42,257 bases of DNA from Nemertoderma westbladi (Eukaryota > Animalia > Xenacoelomorpha). Of the stretch, positions 30,889 through 42,257 are shown one piece after another (positions within the stretch are counted from its first letter, which is position 1; every line of letters starts with the position of its first letter). Both the position numbers and the translations under genes were made by a program. The DNA lies in contig JAUCBJ010005529.1 in the NCBI GenBank assembly GCA_032718475.1, forward strand, positions 1 to 42,257. The letters are read 5' to 3'. The notes below the pieces were generated by a model. That model saw nothing but the letters and a program-made list of their open reading frames with translations. It did not search any database and was not told the DNA's origin.

Positions 30889-33800
30889 CAACTGTATCTG
30901 CAACTAGTGTGCCATACTGTCAGGCTGGTGGAGTGTTATACAACGGCTACTGCTATCAACACATTCAAGAGAAAGCTTCTTGGTCTGCTGCTGAAGAAAC
31001 CTGCACGAGTAACTACCCCAATGCTGATGGTAAACTTGCTGTGTTTACATCCTCAGAAGCTCTAGATTATGTTAGTTCAAATGCCTTGAAATTGTCCGGG
31101 CAGCAAAATGAAGGAGTCTGGGTCGGATACAACGATAAGGAAGAAGAAAATATCTGGGTTGATATTAACGGCGCCATTATTGAAGTTTCAGAAAACAGTT
31201 ATTTTTGCAATGGAAAACCAGATGATAAGTCATTTTTAGGAAATGGAGCGGACTGTGCCATGATTGACAATGAATCGAATTGCTTAACGGATACAGATTG
31301 CGAGGTAACACGGCGTTTTATGTGCATGTACACACCACAGAGTTGCATGGATCAAGAATATATATACTTTGATAAAGCAGTAACATATTCGAATGCTGTT
31401 GAAGATTGCGACAAGAGAGGGATGAAGCTGCCGTTCCCGTACCCAATGGATCTTTCTGATGTAAAACAATTTATTGCGGATGCAACCAGTGTAGGAGAGT
31501 TTCTAGGAAAGATCTGGGTTAGTGGGGAACTAAATAATCTTGGTGTTGTAGTTACTGATCAGGGGGGAGTAATTGATGATACCAATCCAAATTATTGTGA
31601 TGGAGAACCAGACGATGAGTACAAAAGTGCGGAGGACAGTGTCACCATAAAAGGTGCGAAATGTCGCATATTAGATGGTGATTGCGTGAGCGACTATGAT
31701 TGCAATAAGAAGTTTGCATACGTTTGCATGGCACCAAAATGCTCCAGTGAGGAGCATGTCCAATCACTAGAATGCCCTGGGCGTAAGGGAACTCATAGAC
31801 ATATATGTGTCTCAGATAATGCAGGTGCTACCTATGCCCCAAGCATTTCTTGTGATGAAGGCACTTCAGTTGCAATATTGAGTGCATATCTGAAACCTGG
31901 TGGGTTTTATAATGCTGATCTAAAAGATGCAAATGGTCCGGACAGTTGCGCAGATCAATTAACAGAAGCCAATTATTTTGGATGTTCATCTATTGATCTC
32001 ACCAGCTACTTTATTAAGGAATGCGATGGGGTTGGTGTAAATGAAGTTTGTGCACCATCCAGTTTCAAAGAAGATATTTTGGATAGTAATTTCATTCAGT
32101 GTACAAGTCCCTCTTATATGTTAGATATTTATTACATGTGTTATGCTGAGAAATACCATGAAGATCTTTGCAACAATTTTCCAAAAAAACGAGACAAGTT
32201 ACAGTGTTCCTCTTCAGAAACACCAGTAATATTACAAGCAACTTATGGTCGGAGTTCTGATGATGCTGGTCCATCGCGTTGCAATTACATATCTATCGAA
32301 GAAGATGACACTTGCTATGATGTTGGAACGGCAATAACATTACAAAATCTCTGTCTCACATCCGGAAGTTGTACTGTTACTAATGACAAATCCATCCTAT
32401 CCAGTGGAAAATGTAATTTTGGTAATCAAAACTTGCTCAGTATCGACTATGCCTGCATGGAAAAATCTGAGATATGTCCAGTCAATGAGAATGCAATAGA
32501 CTGCACAAGATGCAGAAGGCCTGACCGCAATAATAATGGTGTTTGCTCTGTAGCTGGAGATCCACACTATAGTACATTTGATGGAAAGAGATATGATTTT
32601 ATGGGGATTTGCACGTACACATTAGTGAGAGCTAAATCTGGTATAATATTCGAAGTCGTTGCTAAGCACCAGAGAAGGGCTGCAATAGCATCATCATCGG
32701 TTCTTGAACAACTTATAATTACCATTGGAGGTAATCAAATCCATTTGAAACAGAAAAATATTGTGCTTTTAAATGGCATTAAACGTTCAGTACCATTTAG
32801 TGTCGATGACAATACCTGCGTGATGCGGTGTGGAAGAACTATAGTTATAAGAACACAATATGTTTCAGAGAAAATGATAGAAATTGGTTTTGATGGGAAT
32901 ACAAAAGCCTATATAGAAGTTGATAGTGAGTTGAAAGACGGAATACAAGGATTCTGTGGTAATTTCAATGAAAATGAAGATGATGATAATGTAGGTGGAG
33001 ATGAATTTACATACAATGATGTGAATGAATATGGAAAAAGCTGGATAACTGAAGGATATACTACTGAAGAAGCAAATACTTGTAGTGAAGTAGGTGAAAT
33101 ACCAACATGTCTAGATGATGATCCCAATATACAAATTTGCAAAACAGTAAAAGACTTACCAGAATTTGATGCTTGTAAGGCCCTTGGATTCTTCGATTCC
33201 ATGATAGCTGAATGTGTAATGGATGCTTGTGTTTATGATGGGAACATTAAAGTAATCTGTAGTGCAATCGATGCTATTGCTGCAGAATGCAGGTCTAATG
33301 GGAAAGTCATAGAAGATTATTACAAAAATGACTTAGAAAAGTGTAAACCAGACTGTGGTGAAAATGGTGAATATGTATTAAATCTTGAACCTTGTGTTTT
33401 TACATGCAATGAGGTCCTTGGTCTTCCTGCAAATAAAGAAATACCAACATGTGATGCTGGTGATAATGAAGAAAAACTAGATGGCTGTCAGTGTAATGAA
33501 GGATTTTTTCTCAATGGTGATGGAAAATGTGTTTCTAGAGAAGAATGCGGCTGTCACGACTCAAACAACCAGTTGAGGAATTTTAATGAGAAATGGACAG
33601 AAAGTTTTTGTAATTTTAAATGTAATTGTGGAACGGATGGTGAAGTTGAATGTTCAGCAATGCAATGTAGTTCTAATGCAGAATGCAAAATGCAGAAAGG
33701 GAAACGTGATTGCATTTGCAATGAAGAATACCAGGGCAATGGAGAAATATGTGTACAAAGTAATATTTGCATTGTTCAATGTAGTGATAATTCAGGGACT

Positions 33801-36800
33801 GAATGCCTTCCTGATGAGTATTGTGATCCAAAGGCTATGATTACAACAGCAGGTTTCCCAAATGTTGTCAGTACTGTAATGGGCCAGTATAGGTTAAATT
33901 GGAAAACGAAAACACCAGAGGGTCAAGCGGGCCTTACAATTGAAGTAAATTCACTTATGCTGCAGTGTTTTAATCTGATAGTGCGTACCTATGAAGCTGA
34001 AGAAGAATCTTCTGTAAACATTCCAGAGAAAATCATACAAGAAATTGGAACTACATATGTGAATGGGGATATAGTTGAGTTTGTACTTCAAAATATTGAT
34101 GGATGTGAGAATTTTCCAGAATATGCGTTTCAACTTTACTACAGAACAAGAGTAAATGATGCATGTAATTCACTCCATGGTTGTCCAACCAATAGCAAAT
34201 GTGTTGCAGAGGTGTTCGATAATAAGTACAATTGCGTATGTGATAAAGGATGGTCTGGTGCGAATTGTGATGTTCAATTATGTGGAGGGTGTCAGAATAA
34301 ACAGGAAGATTTGGCCGAATGTCAAATGTCTGGTGATCCTCACTATATCCAATTCGATGGAGGAAAGGTTGATGTAATGGGTGATTGTTATTACACATTG
34401 TCAAAATCATGTGATGACAGTCTAGAAACTAGTTTCTTAATAGAAGGATTGCATTCTATACTTCCACAAGAAGGTGATGAAATTAATGTTTCGTATCTTA
34501 AAGAAATGGCTGTTACCATAAAAAATCTCAATATAAAACTTGGGGAGCGTGGAGCAAATGTAAATGTTATCAATAGGGCAGATGATAAACTTAGTTTAGG
34601 AGATGTAATGCTTCCAAGCTTTCCTGCTGATGATATTTGTATTCTACAATGTGGGTCATCGGTACAGGTGAGAACATCCTGGGGTTTAACAGTTGATTAT
34701 GATGGGAAACACCGAGGTAGAATATTCGTTCCAAAAGATCAATTTGGTGGTAAAGTATGTGGTTTATGTGGAAATATGGATGATGTTGACAATGACCAGG
34801 TTGACAGAAATAATGCTGCCATTGCAGAAGGAAATTTATTTGGTGCTGCCTGGGAAAGTGAAACAAATGTAGTTGATGGATGTAGTAGTGGAGAAATTTT
34901 ACTAGATACTTGCACAGATGAGGAAATTAAAAAAGCTTCAGAAAATACATGTGATACTATTGATGACAAGTGTGGTAATTCTGAAGTTGACAAATCGCAT
35001 TGCAAGTATGATATTTGCGCTTATGGTAATAAAAATGATATCATAAAATGTAATGCATTGGAAGTAATTGCTGAAAATTGTAAAGCAACGGATTGGAGAT
35101 CCGAAGAACTTTGTCCAATGGAGTGCCCTGAAAATAGTGAATATTCACAGTGTGTCAGTGAATGTGAGCCATCATGTTACTTTAGAGATCCAGTTTGTTT
35201 GACTGATAATGACCCACCAAGATGTTTTGAAGGGTGTAAATGCAATGACGGTTTCGTTCTGGAAGGAAACTTATGCATTGATCCAAATGAGTGTGGTTGT
35301 GTAGATATATTGGGAGCTTATCGTATGCAGGGTTCCAGTTATTTATTGCAAGAATGCAGTGAGATATGCGCGTGTGATAACGCATCCTATCAAAATTGTG
35401 AACCTTATAATCTTTGCAATAACAAGGTAACATCTCAATGTGTTTTGAAACAAGGTGCACGTACATGTGAATGCAAAGATGGGTATTGGTTGAATGAAGG
35501 TAATGACGAATGTGTGCAAGATGTTTGCACATTAAATACAAACATTTGTAATAATGGACATTGTGTGGTCAGCAAACTAAGTATAACATATAAGTGCACT
35601 TGTAATCCTGGATTTACTGGGCGTCATTGTGACATACTAATGTCTTCTTCCTGCTTTGACCCTCCATTTCCGAATAGTTGCTATGCATTTTCAAGTGGCA
35701 ATATTTTAAGTGTAAATGGAGAACCCGTAGCGAAATTACAATGTGAATATTACCTGCTCAACAATGAAAATGTTGCAGATATTGAATCAAAGGATATTAT
35801 AAAGGTTTCTTATAAACTTGATCCTGATTCATCTAATTTAGTCAGTATCGTGGCCAATGTAGGAGGAGCCAATACTGAATATGAGATCACACATGAAGGA
35901 GTTGTTTTATTGAATTCAATAATTATAGACCTGTCTACATACCAACCAGATGTCAGTGCTTGGCTTTGTGATGGTAAAATTTCTCTTACCATTAAAGATG
36001 CTGTTCAGATTACATATTATGGCAGTGGGTCATATTATTTATTTAAGATTATAGTTAGTGATTCATTCAAGGCAGCTACACTTCAGACTGGATTATGTAA
36101 TCTGGTCGATCAAGATCGGACTGGAGCACTTGTTGATGTTTCTTGCACTGAACTAGAAGATGGCATCGAGTGTAGTGAAGAATCAGAAAGATGTACAGAT
36201 TATTTTACTAATCCTGATACATACAAATTTGCAGAATGCCAACAAGAAAAATATCTAAGTGGCCTACAAACCCTTTGTGCATTTGACATCTGTAATGACA
36301 GAATTCCTGATGATACTCCAACTGCGATAAAGTGTGATCTTATTGATGTCGCATTTCAGATGTGTGAAATTTCTGATTTTGATGACCTCATCGATGTCAG
36401 TACAGGACCATGTACAGAGGCAAAGGCCTCTGAAGCATGTCACCTACTAGATGAAATTAATATCAAATCATGCCATACAAGTTGTCAACAAATGCAAAAC
36501 ACTTGTTATTATAATGTACTAACATTTGGAGAAGATGAATGTGGTACACCATGTACAGTTACAGAAAACCTATGCGATTGCAAAGATGGTCTCTATTGGT
36601 CTAATAGTAATTGTGTGCCTGAACCTGAGTGCGGCTGTACAGATGAAGACAATGTTTACCATGAAAAAGGAGATGTATGGTTTACCACAGATTGTAAAAA
36701 GCAAGCAAGGTGTGAACTGAATGGTAAAATTGAATATATGATGGAAGATGATGAAGCAGTGTGTGACAATGGTGATTCAATATTTGAAGAGAAAAGGGCT

Positions 36801-39800
36801 ACCTGTAAAATAATTGAAAACAAATGGGGTTGCGAATGCATTGAAAATTATGTTGGTGATGGATTAACATGTGAACTGCAGGCCTGCTACGATAACCCAT
36901 GTGGAGAAGACACAGGTGTATGCAATATTGATACTGAGAGTAATACATACACCTGTAGCTGTAAGTCAGGACAAGCTGGTAAAAATTGCAATCAACAGTA
37001 CTGTGGCGGTTGCTTTACTCCAAAAGATAACGCCAACACATGTTACATTTGGGGTGATCCTCACTTCCAAACATTTGATGAAGTGGGCTATGATTTCATG
37101 GGCTTATGTAGTTATGAATACATATCACCCCGTGATGTTGATTTGCCATCACATATAATTAGAGTAGTTGGAAATCATATAGCAGGAGAAGATAATGATA
37201 AAGTAAGCTCTCTTAATGATGTCCTTATTAGCATTACCATTAAAAATAGTGAAAATGATGAAATAAATAACAAAGAATTGGAAATTAAACTTGGCCAAGA
37301 TAAGAAGGTGTACCTTAATGAAGAGGAGGTGACACTTCCTGCTTTTCCTATTTCGGGAATTTGTTTATTACAATGTGGTACAGAAGTGGCAGTCAGAACA
37401 AATTTTGGATTCCAAGTAGGATTTAATGGTAAAGACACAGCAAAAATATCTGTCGACACTAACCTTGATACAGGAGATTCAGCTAATCATTTCAGTTATT
37501 GGGGGGAAAATATAAGTGGGATGTGTGGATCTCCCGATGGTAATGGAGACAATGACATGTTCAAAAAAGGTGGTAGTGAACTAGTAGAAGCAGAAGAATA
37601 TGGAAACAGTTATTTGTCTGCTGATGAAGATTATAGTGAATGTGTTGCAGGAACGCCGCCAGATTGCTCTGGTGATGATGATGCTAAGATATGTGAAGAA
37701 GTGATAGTAGATAGTGTCCACTTTAATGATTGTGGCTTACAGATTAACCTTGGGTCTTATGTCCGAAGTTGTCAAATAGATGTATGCAGTCTAAATCTCG
37801 ATCAAATATGTGACACATTACTTCTCCTTGAGTTGGAATGTATAAAAGAGGGCACTCCACCCGGAAATTGGAGAAATATGGAGGAGCTACAATCAATTGC
37901 TGGAGATGATGGAGTTTGTCCATGGAATTGTGGTGATGGAATGGAATTCTCAGTCTGTGTTCCTAAGGTACAAAAATCATGTTTCAGTGGAGAAATACCG
38001 ATACCTAGCACTGATGAAGGCGATTGCATTCCAGGATGTAAATGTTCAGTTGGTCTTGTTCAGTCTGGTTTGAATTGCATAGACCCTATAGAATGTGGTT
38101 GTACGGATGAAAATGGTTTTTACCATGAACTTGAGACTTCTTGGGTCAATTTGGACTGCAGTGTAGCTTATTTTTGTCTTTCCAAGAATAAGATTCAATT
38201 GCATAATTTAAAATGTGATGACAATGCACAGTGCGAAATTCTAAATGGAAAAAGAGGATGTTATTGCATTCATCCATTTAAAGGAAATGGTGAAACATGC
38301 ATAATAACATCTGAGACATGTATAGAATGCCTTGACAAGAGTACGGAATTAGACTATAAATTCTGCACAGCAGGAAGTGCATTAAGGCAGGAAACATTTG
38401 ATGGTAAGTTATATGATTTCCAAGGTACTTGCACTTATACAATGGTAGAATCTAAGGAAAGTGACCCATATCACCCCTACAGTGTTAAAGCAACTTTTGC
38501 AAACAGGGGTAACAATTTAAAAGTTTCTTTCATTGACTATGTCGATATAAGTGTATACGGTGTGGATGTGCGAATTGGCAAAGCAGGGACAGCATTTGTT
38601 AATGGAGAGATTGTGGTTCTCCCTTATTATAAGGATATTGCAGAGCTGAGTAAAGGTCTGTGCATTCGGGTCTGTGGTAATCAAATCACATTTACAGCAG
38701 GAATGGGACTGATTGTGAATTTTGAACATACAACACGCATCTCATTTGGATTGCCAAGGAACCATGGTAAAAATACCATTCGAGGCTTCTGTGGAAATTT
38801 TAATAGTATTTCAGCAGATGATATCACAGACCCAGATGGTAGTGAGACATCTAGTGATGTTATTTATGGTAACAGTTGGCAAATAGGTGAATGCATCTAT
38901 GATCAAGATTCATCTTATAATGCTGAATGTACTCCATCAACAGAGGACAGACTTGCTTTAAAATGTAATATATTAACCTCTGAAGCATTTTCAGAATGCG
39001 TGCAAACAGATGTTCTTGAAGTTGCTTGCAAAAATATTGGGTGCATATTTGAAAGAGATTGTGATGAAGTTTCAGATATTCTTGCATGTAATGCAATTTT
39101 TGATGTTGAGCATAACTGCAAGCGAGCCGGCAAAAGTGTTGGGGATTGGAATTCAGAAAATATTTGTCCACAAATCTGCCCAGCTAATATGGAATACAGG
39201 GAATGCGGACCTGTATGTGAGCCCACTTGTCAATATAAAACTCCTGAATGCCGGGATGGGTGTGTTTCTGGTTGTTTCTGTGCGGAGGGTTACATTAGGG
39301 ATGGGTTATTGTGTAAGGAATTGGAAGAATGTGGTTGCGTTGATGACGATGAGGTTTACCATCCCAAGAATAAGAAATGGCTCTCTGATGATTGTAATAA
39401 AGTCTGTTCTTGTGAAGTTAATGAAAATAATAACAAACAATTTCAATGTAAACCAACTCCATATCCGTGTGATAATGAAAATGGAGTTTGTAAAGAAAAC
39501 TATGGCATCCGTGGTTGCTATTGCAATGAAGGGTACACTTTGACTATAAACAATAAATGCATTCAGACTGACGAATGTAGCTCTTGTATTCGCAATGAAG
39601 ATAATGATGAGACATGTGAAAAATGTGAAAGCGAAAATGGAGAAATAGTTTCACCTATGATACCTATGATGAGTTCATTACAGTCAAACCAATACTGGCA
39701 TATTTATATTGATGATTCAGCAGCAATTGCTTTGAATGTATTATACTTGAAGACTAAACACGGAACCGTCAACATTGAATGTAATTATGACTATGAGAAT

Positions 39801-40853
39801 GGACATTTCTCTAAAAGCAGAGCACTGACTGATGATGATACGATGACAAGCATAATCATTGTGGGATCTCATCTAAAAGTTTCCCTCAATGCAGAAGAAT
39901 GTATTCCAGATGTATTTTCGTTGGCTCTCTTCCGTTTTACATACTCCAAACACGATGAAACAGCCTGTTCATCAGATCCTTGTAAAAATGGAGGCGTTTG
40001 TGAGACGGACTGCCTCAACGAATATAAATGCACCTGTGGTGAAGGATGGCTAGGAGATACCTGCGAAATACCTGATGGTGCTAAACTCATCTGCAAATCT
40101 GAGACTATGTTTGTGTCTATTTCTCCAGATCTTGCCCACAAAGATATCAGTACTGACTTGATATATTTCTCAGAAAGGTATACCCTACATCTCAGAGATA
40201 AAAGCTGTGAATTAAAATATGATGAACAAGAACTAGCATACACTATAGAAGTTAACCTAAACCATTGTAACTCTGGAAAGGAAGTTAATGAGGAAGAAAG
40301 TGTCATTCTTTACACCAATGAAGTATATCGTGAGACAAGAGATTCTTTTGAAAATGAACAGGATCGCATTAAAAGAAATGTTGTTAGTGATGGGAGGACT
40401 GAAGAAAAGGAGGAAATGCCATGGGAATCAAGCGCTGAACAGAAAGATATAACACGAGCATCTGGCTTCCATATAGGTTTAATGTGTACATATGATGCTC
40501 TTGGAAGTGTTATGGCTTCTTTCAACACAGTTGGTGAACTTGATTTATCGAAAAATGAAGAAGGTTCATTTTCATTTGACATGGCAATTGCCACTTCAGA
40601 AAATTATGAGTCTTACTTCACGGTGGATTCATACCCTATTGAAGTGGCTTTGGGTTCTGATATGTTCTTTGAAGTTCTCATTGTCTCAGAAGATGCCACA
40701 CTAGAAATCTATACCAAAAGTTGCTGGGCAACACCAACTGATGATCCTCATGATACATATTTCTATAGGATTCTGCAAGATGGTTGTGCAAAAGACAGCA
40801 CATATAAAGATCTCGGTCATAGTGATGGTGGGCATAAAACCGTTTTAAGATGA
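30889..40853 (+). CDS. Exon 2 of an alpha-tectorin/zonadhesin/FCGBP-like protein: 2 C-type lectin, 2 SUEL-like lectin, 5 VWD-C8-TIL-EGF modules, CUB-like, EGF and ZP domains
   Basis: CTLD motifs (GYCY, SWSAAEETC, VWVG); ATYGRS SUEL motif; GDPH at 32556, 34332 and 37053; GFCGNFN/GLCGN motifs; EGF repeats (PCKNGGVC...CTCGEGWLGDTCE); ZP motifs CWATP and GCAKD. The track ATG at 30873 lies within the acceptor pyrimidine tract. Confidence 0.88.
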
Positions 40854-41350
40854 AAACATTCCAATTTCTTGATACTTCTGGTGATAGCGTAGTTTGGTTC
40901 CATTGCGATGTTTTAGTTTGTGATTCTGTGGACAACGACAATTTGTGCCAAAAAGGCTGCCTTGAGAATAATGATATCAACATAGTTGCAGGAGGACATG
41001 GTACGAAAGAATTAAGTGATAAAGGTGATGTTAATAATGTTAGTGTTGGTGAACAAATGAATAAAGTTGATGATATTAATTCTCAACCTGTTGACAAGCG
41101 AAGAAAGATGCGATCCATAATGCAATACAAAGGTCAAGTTACTGCTCCGGGCCCAGTATACATAAACACAGATGACAGGATGAGTAATACCATGTCCGGA
41201 TGGTACAAGATTGTAATTATGGGTGTGAGTTCTGTTGTTGCTGTCTTAGCTATTGTTTTAGCAGCTTTTGTTGTGATCTACATTTATCGCAGATGTTTCG
41301 TCACCCAATATATGAGACTCCCATTTGATGATTCAAGAAAATTTGATTGA
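40841..41350 (+). CDS. Frameshifted C-terminus of the same protein (end of ZP-C, furin site, TM helix, tail)
   Basis: The -1 frame reads RFKMKTFQF...VWFHCDVLVC...CQKGC (ZP-C end), KRRKMR, TM IVIMGVSSVVAVLAIVLAAFVVIYIY, and YMRL. AATAAA at 41380-41385. Confidence 0.85.
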   Translation, partial: RFKMKTFQFLDTSGDSVVWFHCDVLVCDSVDNDNLCQKGCLENNDINIVAGGHGTKELSDKGDVNNVSVGEQMNKVDDINSQPVDKRRKMRSIMQYKGQVTAPGPVYINTDDRMSNTMSGWYKIVIMGVSSVVAVLAIVLAAFVVIYIYRRCFVTQYMRLPFDDSRKFD

Positions 41351-41739
41351 AAATTTTAATATTGACGATTATTTATCTAAATAAATTTGTTAAATATTTG
41401 ATAAATTTTTAAAACTAAAACATATTATAATCTGTACAGTACTTTATTATTTAATTATATCACCTGTTTTGCTGTTTATTTCTATTTCCAGCGGTACCCT
41501 TGCTTTCTCCAACAATGCGTGTTTGCATGTGTAATTCGACGGACAGCGGTAACCATTTCAACTTTTAATACAACTATTTTTATATTTCCTCTACTTGTGA
41601 GGTTGTGGGGCATATTGAAACTGGGACATTGTAATAAATTACCAACATTTTGTGCTATTTTGAATAATAAATAATACAAACTTATTTTTCATACGATGTA
41701 GATCCGAATATTATATATTAGCTTGTATTAGCCTCCTTT

Positions 41740-42120
41740 TACTTTATCACGGGAGCTCTGCTTGTATTCCTGCAGCTATTATTAGTTTGTTTGTTTGTGG
41801 CTGGCTGGGTTGAATGTTTGAACGCTAATAAGTCGGTCAATTATGGATGAAATGGAACCAAACTTGGTACACATGTAGTCTATCAAAAGTTCAAAAATTC
41901 TTCATACAGACAGACTTTTATAGTTCCTCTGTCTACCGCTAGGGGGCGAATTGACAGAAACGTAAAAGGAGTTGTGTTTATTGTAGAACCAATCATGAGA
42001 TTCTTCTGAAGTTTGGTAGTAGTAACCTAAGAGACTTGCTTAATTAATAATTATACACACAGACAGACTTTTCAGAGGGTTCCTCTGTCTGTCGCTAGGG
42101 AGCGAATTGTCAGAACTGCA
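41740..42120 (+). mobile_element. Possible Helentron-associated non-autonomous element (HINE/DINE-1-like)
   Basis: T-rich start, then (GTTT)n/(GGCT)n microsatellite and ACCAAACTTGGTACACATG. Two ~55-bp direct repeats (~41906-41960, ~42058-42115) carry CCGCTAGGGGGCG-like motifs. Ends not defined. Confidence 0.4.
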
Positions 42121-42257
42121 GTTCATCGTGCACGGTTTAATGTATTATTCACTGTGGCCTTTCTTGTGTGCTGCTACTAGTAGCCGCATACAGTACTAGC
42201 ACTGTATTATGGCATTGTCTGTATATAGTAAAGCCAGTGAATTACTGTACGTTAAGT

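Noticed and set aside
31284-40983. Many short ORFs antisense to or overlapping the giant exon, and short ORFs in AT-rich intergenic DNA
   Set aside because: No domain signatures; consistent with chance or shadow ORFs.

Overview
AT-rich animal (probably invertebrate bilaterian) genomic DNA, dense in transposable elements, with two clear host genes and one ubiquitin-like gene. (1) A 3-exon GH31 lysosomal alpha-glucosidase/maltase (GAA-like, 983 aa after splicing). (2) A ~3534-aa lectin/VWD/EGF/CUB/ZP membrane protein (alpha-tectorin/zonadhesin/FCGBP-like). Its signal-peptide exon at 26033-26174 is not in the ORF track, its single intron holds an intact-ORF hAT-type transposon, and its ~10.5-kb second exon has one frameshift in the ZP domain. 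(3) A divergent ubiquitin lacking K6/K11/K48/K63, fused to a partial upstream ubiquitin repeat. Mobile DNA includes a full-length decayed CR1/L2-group LINE inserted into a 26-bp minisatellite, a 5'-truncated RTE LINE with a perfect 50-bp target-site duplication (TSD), a TTAA-flanked Kolobok-like element, several MITEs, a possible LTR and a Helentron-like (HINE) element. The most striking unannotated structure is in GAA intron 1: a tRNA-derived Pol III promoter fused directly to a type I hammerhead ribozyme, enclosed in ~135-bp inverted repeats. Also notable in the LINE: ORF1 and ORF2 are in one frame separated by a single TGA in the readthrough context TGA-CTA, and 26 in-frame 10-aa repeats sit inside the RT palm. 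All calls come from reading the sequence by eye; no searches were run.
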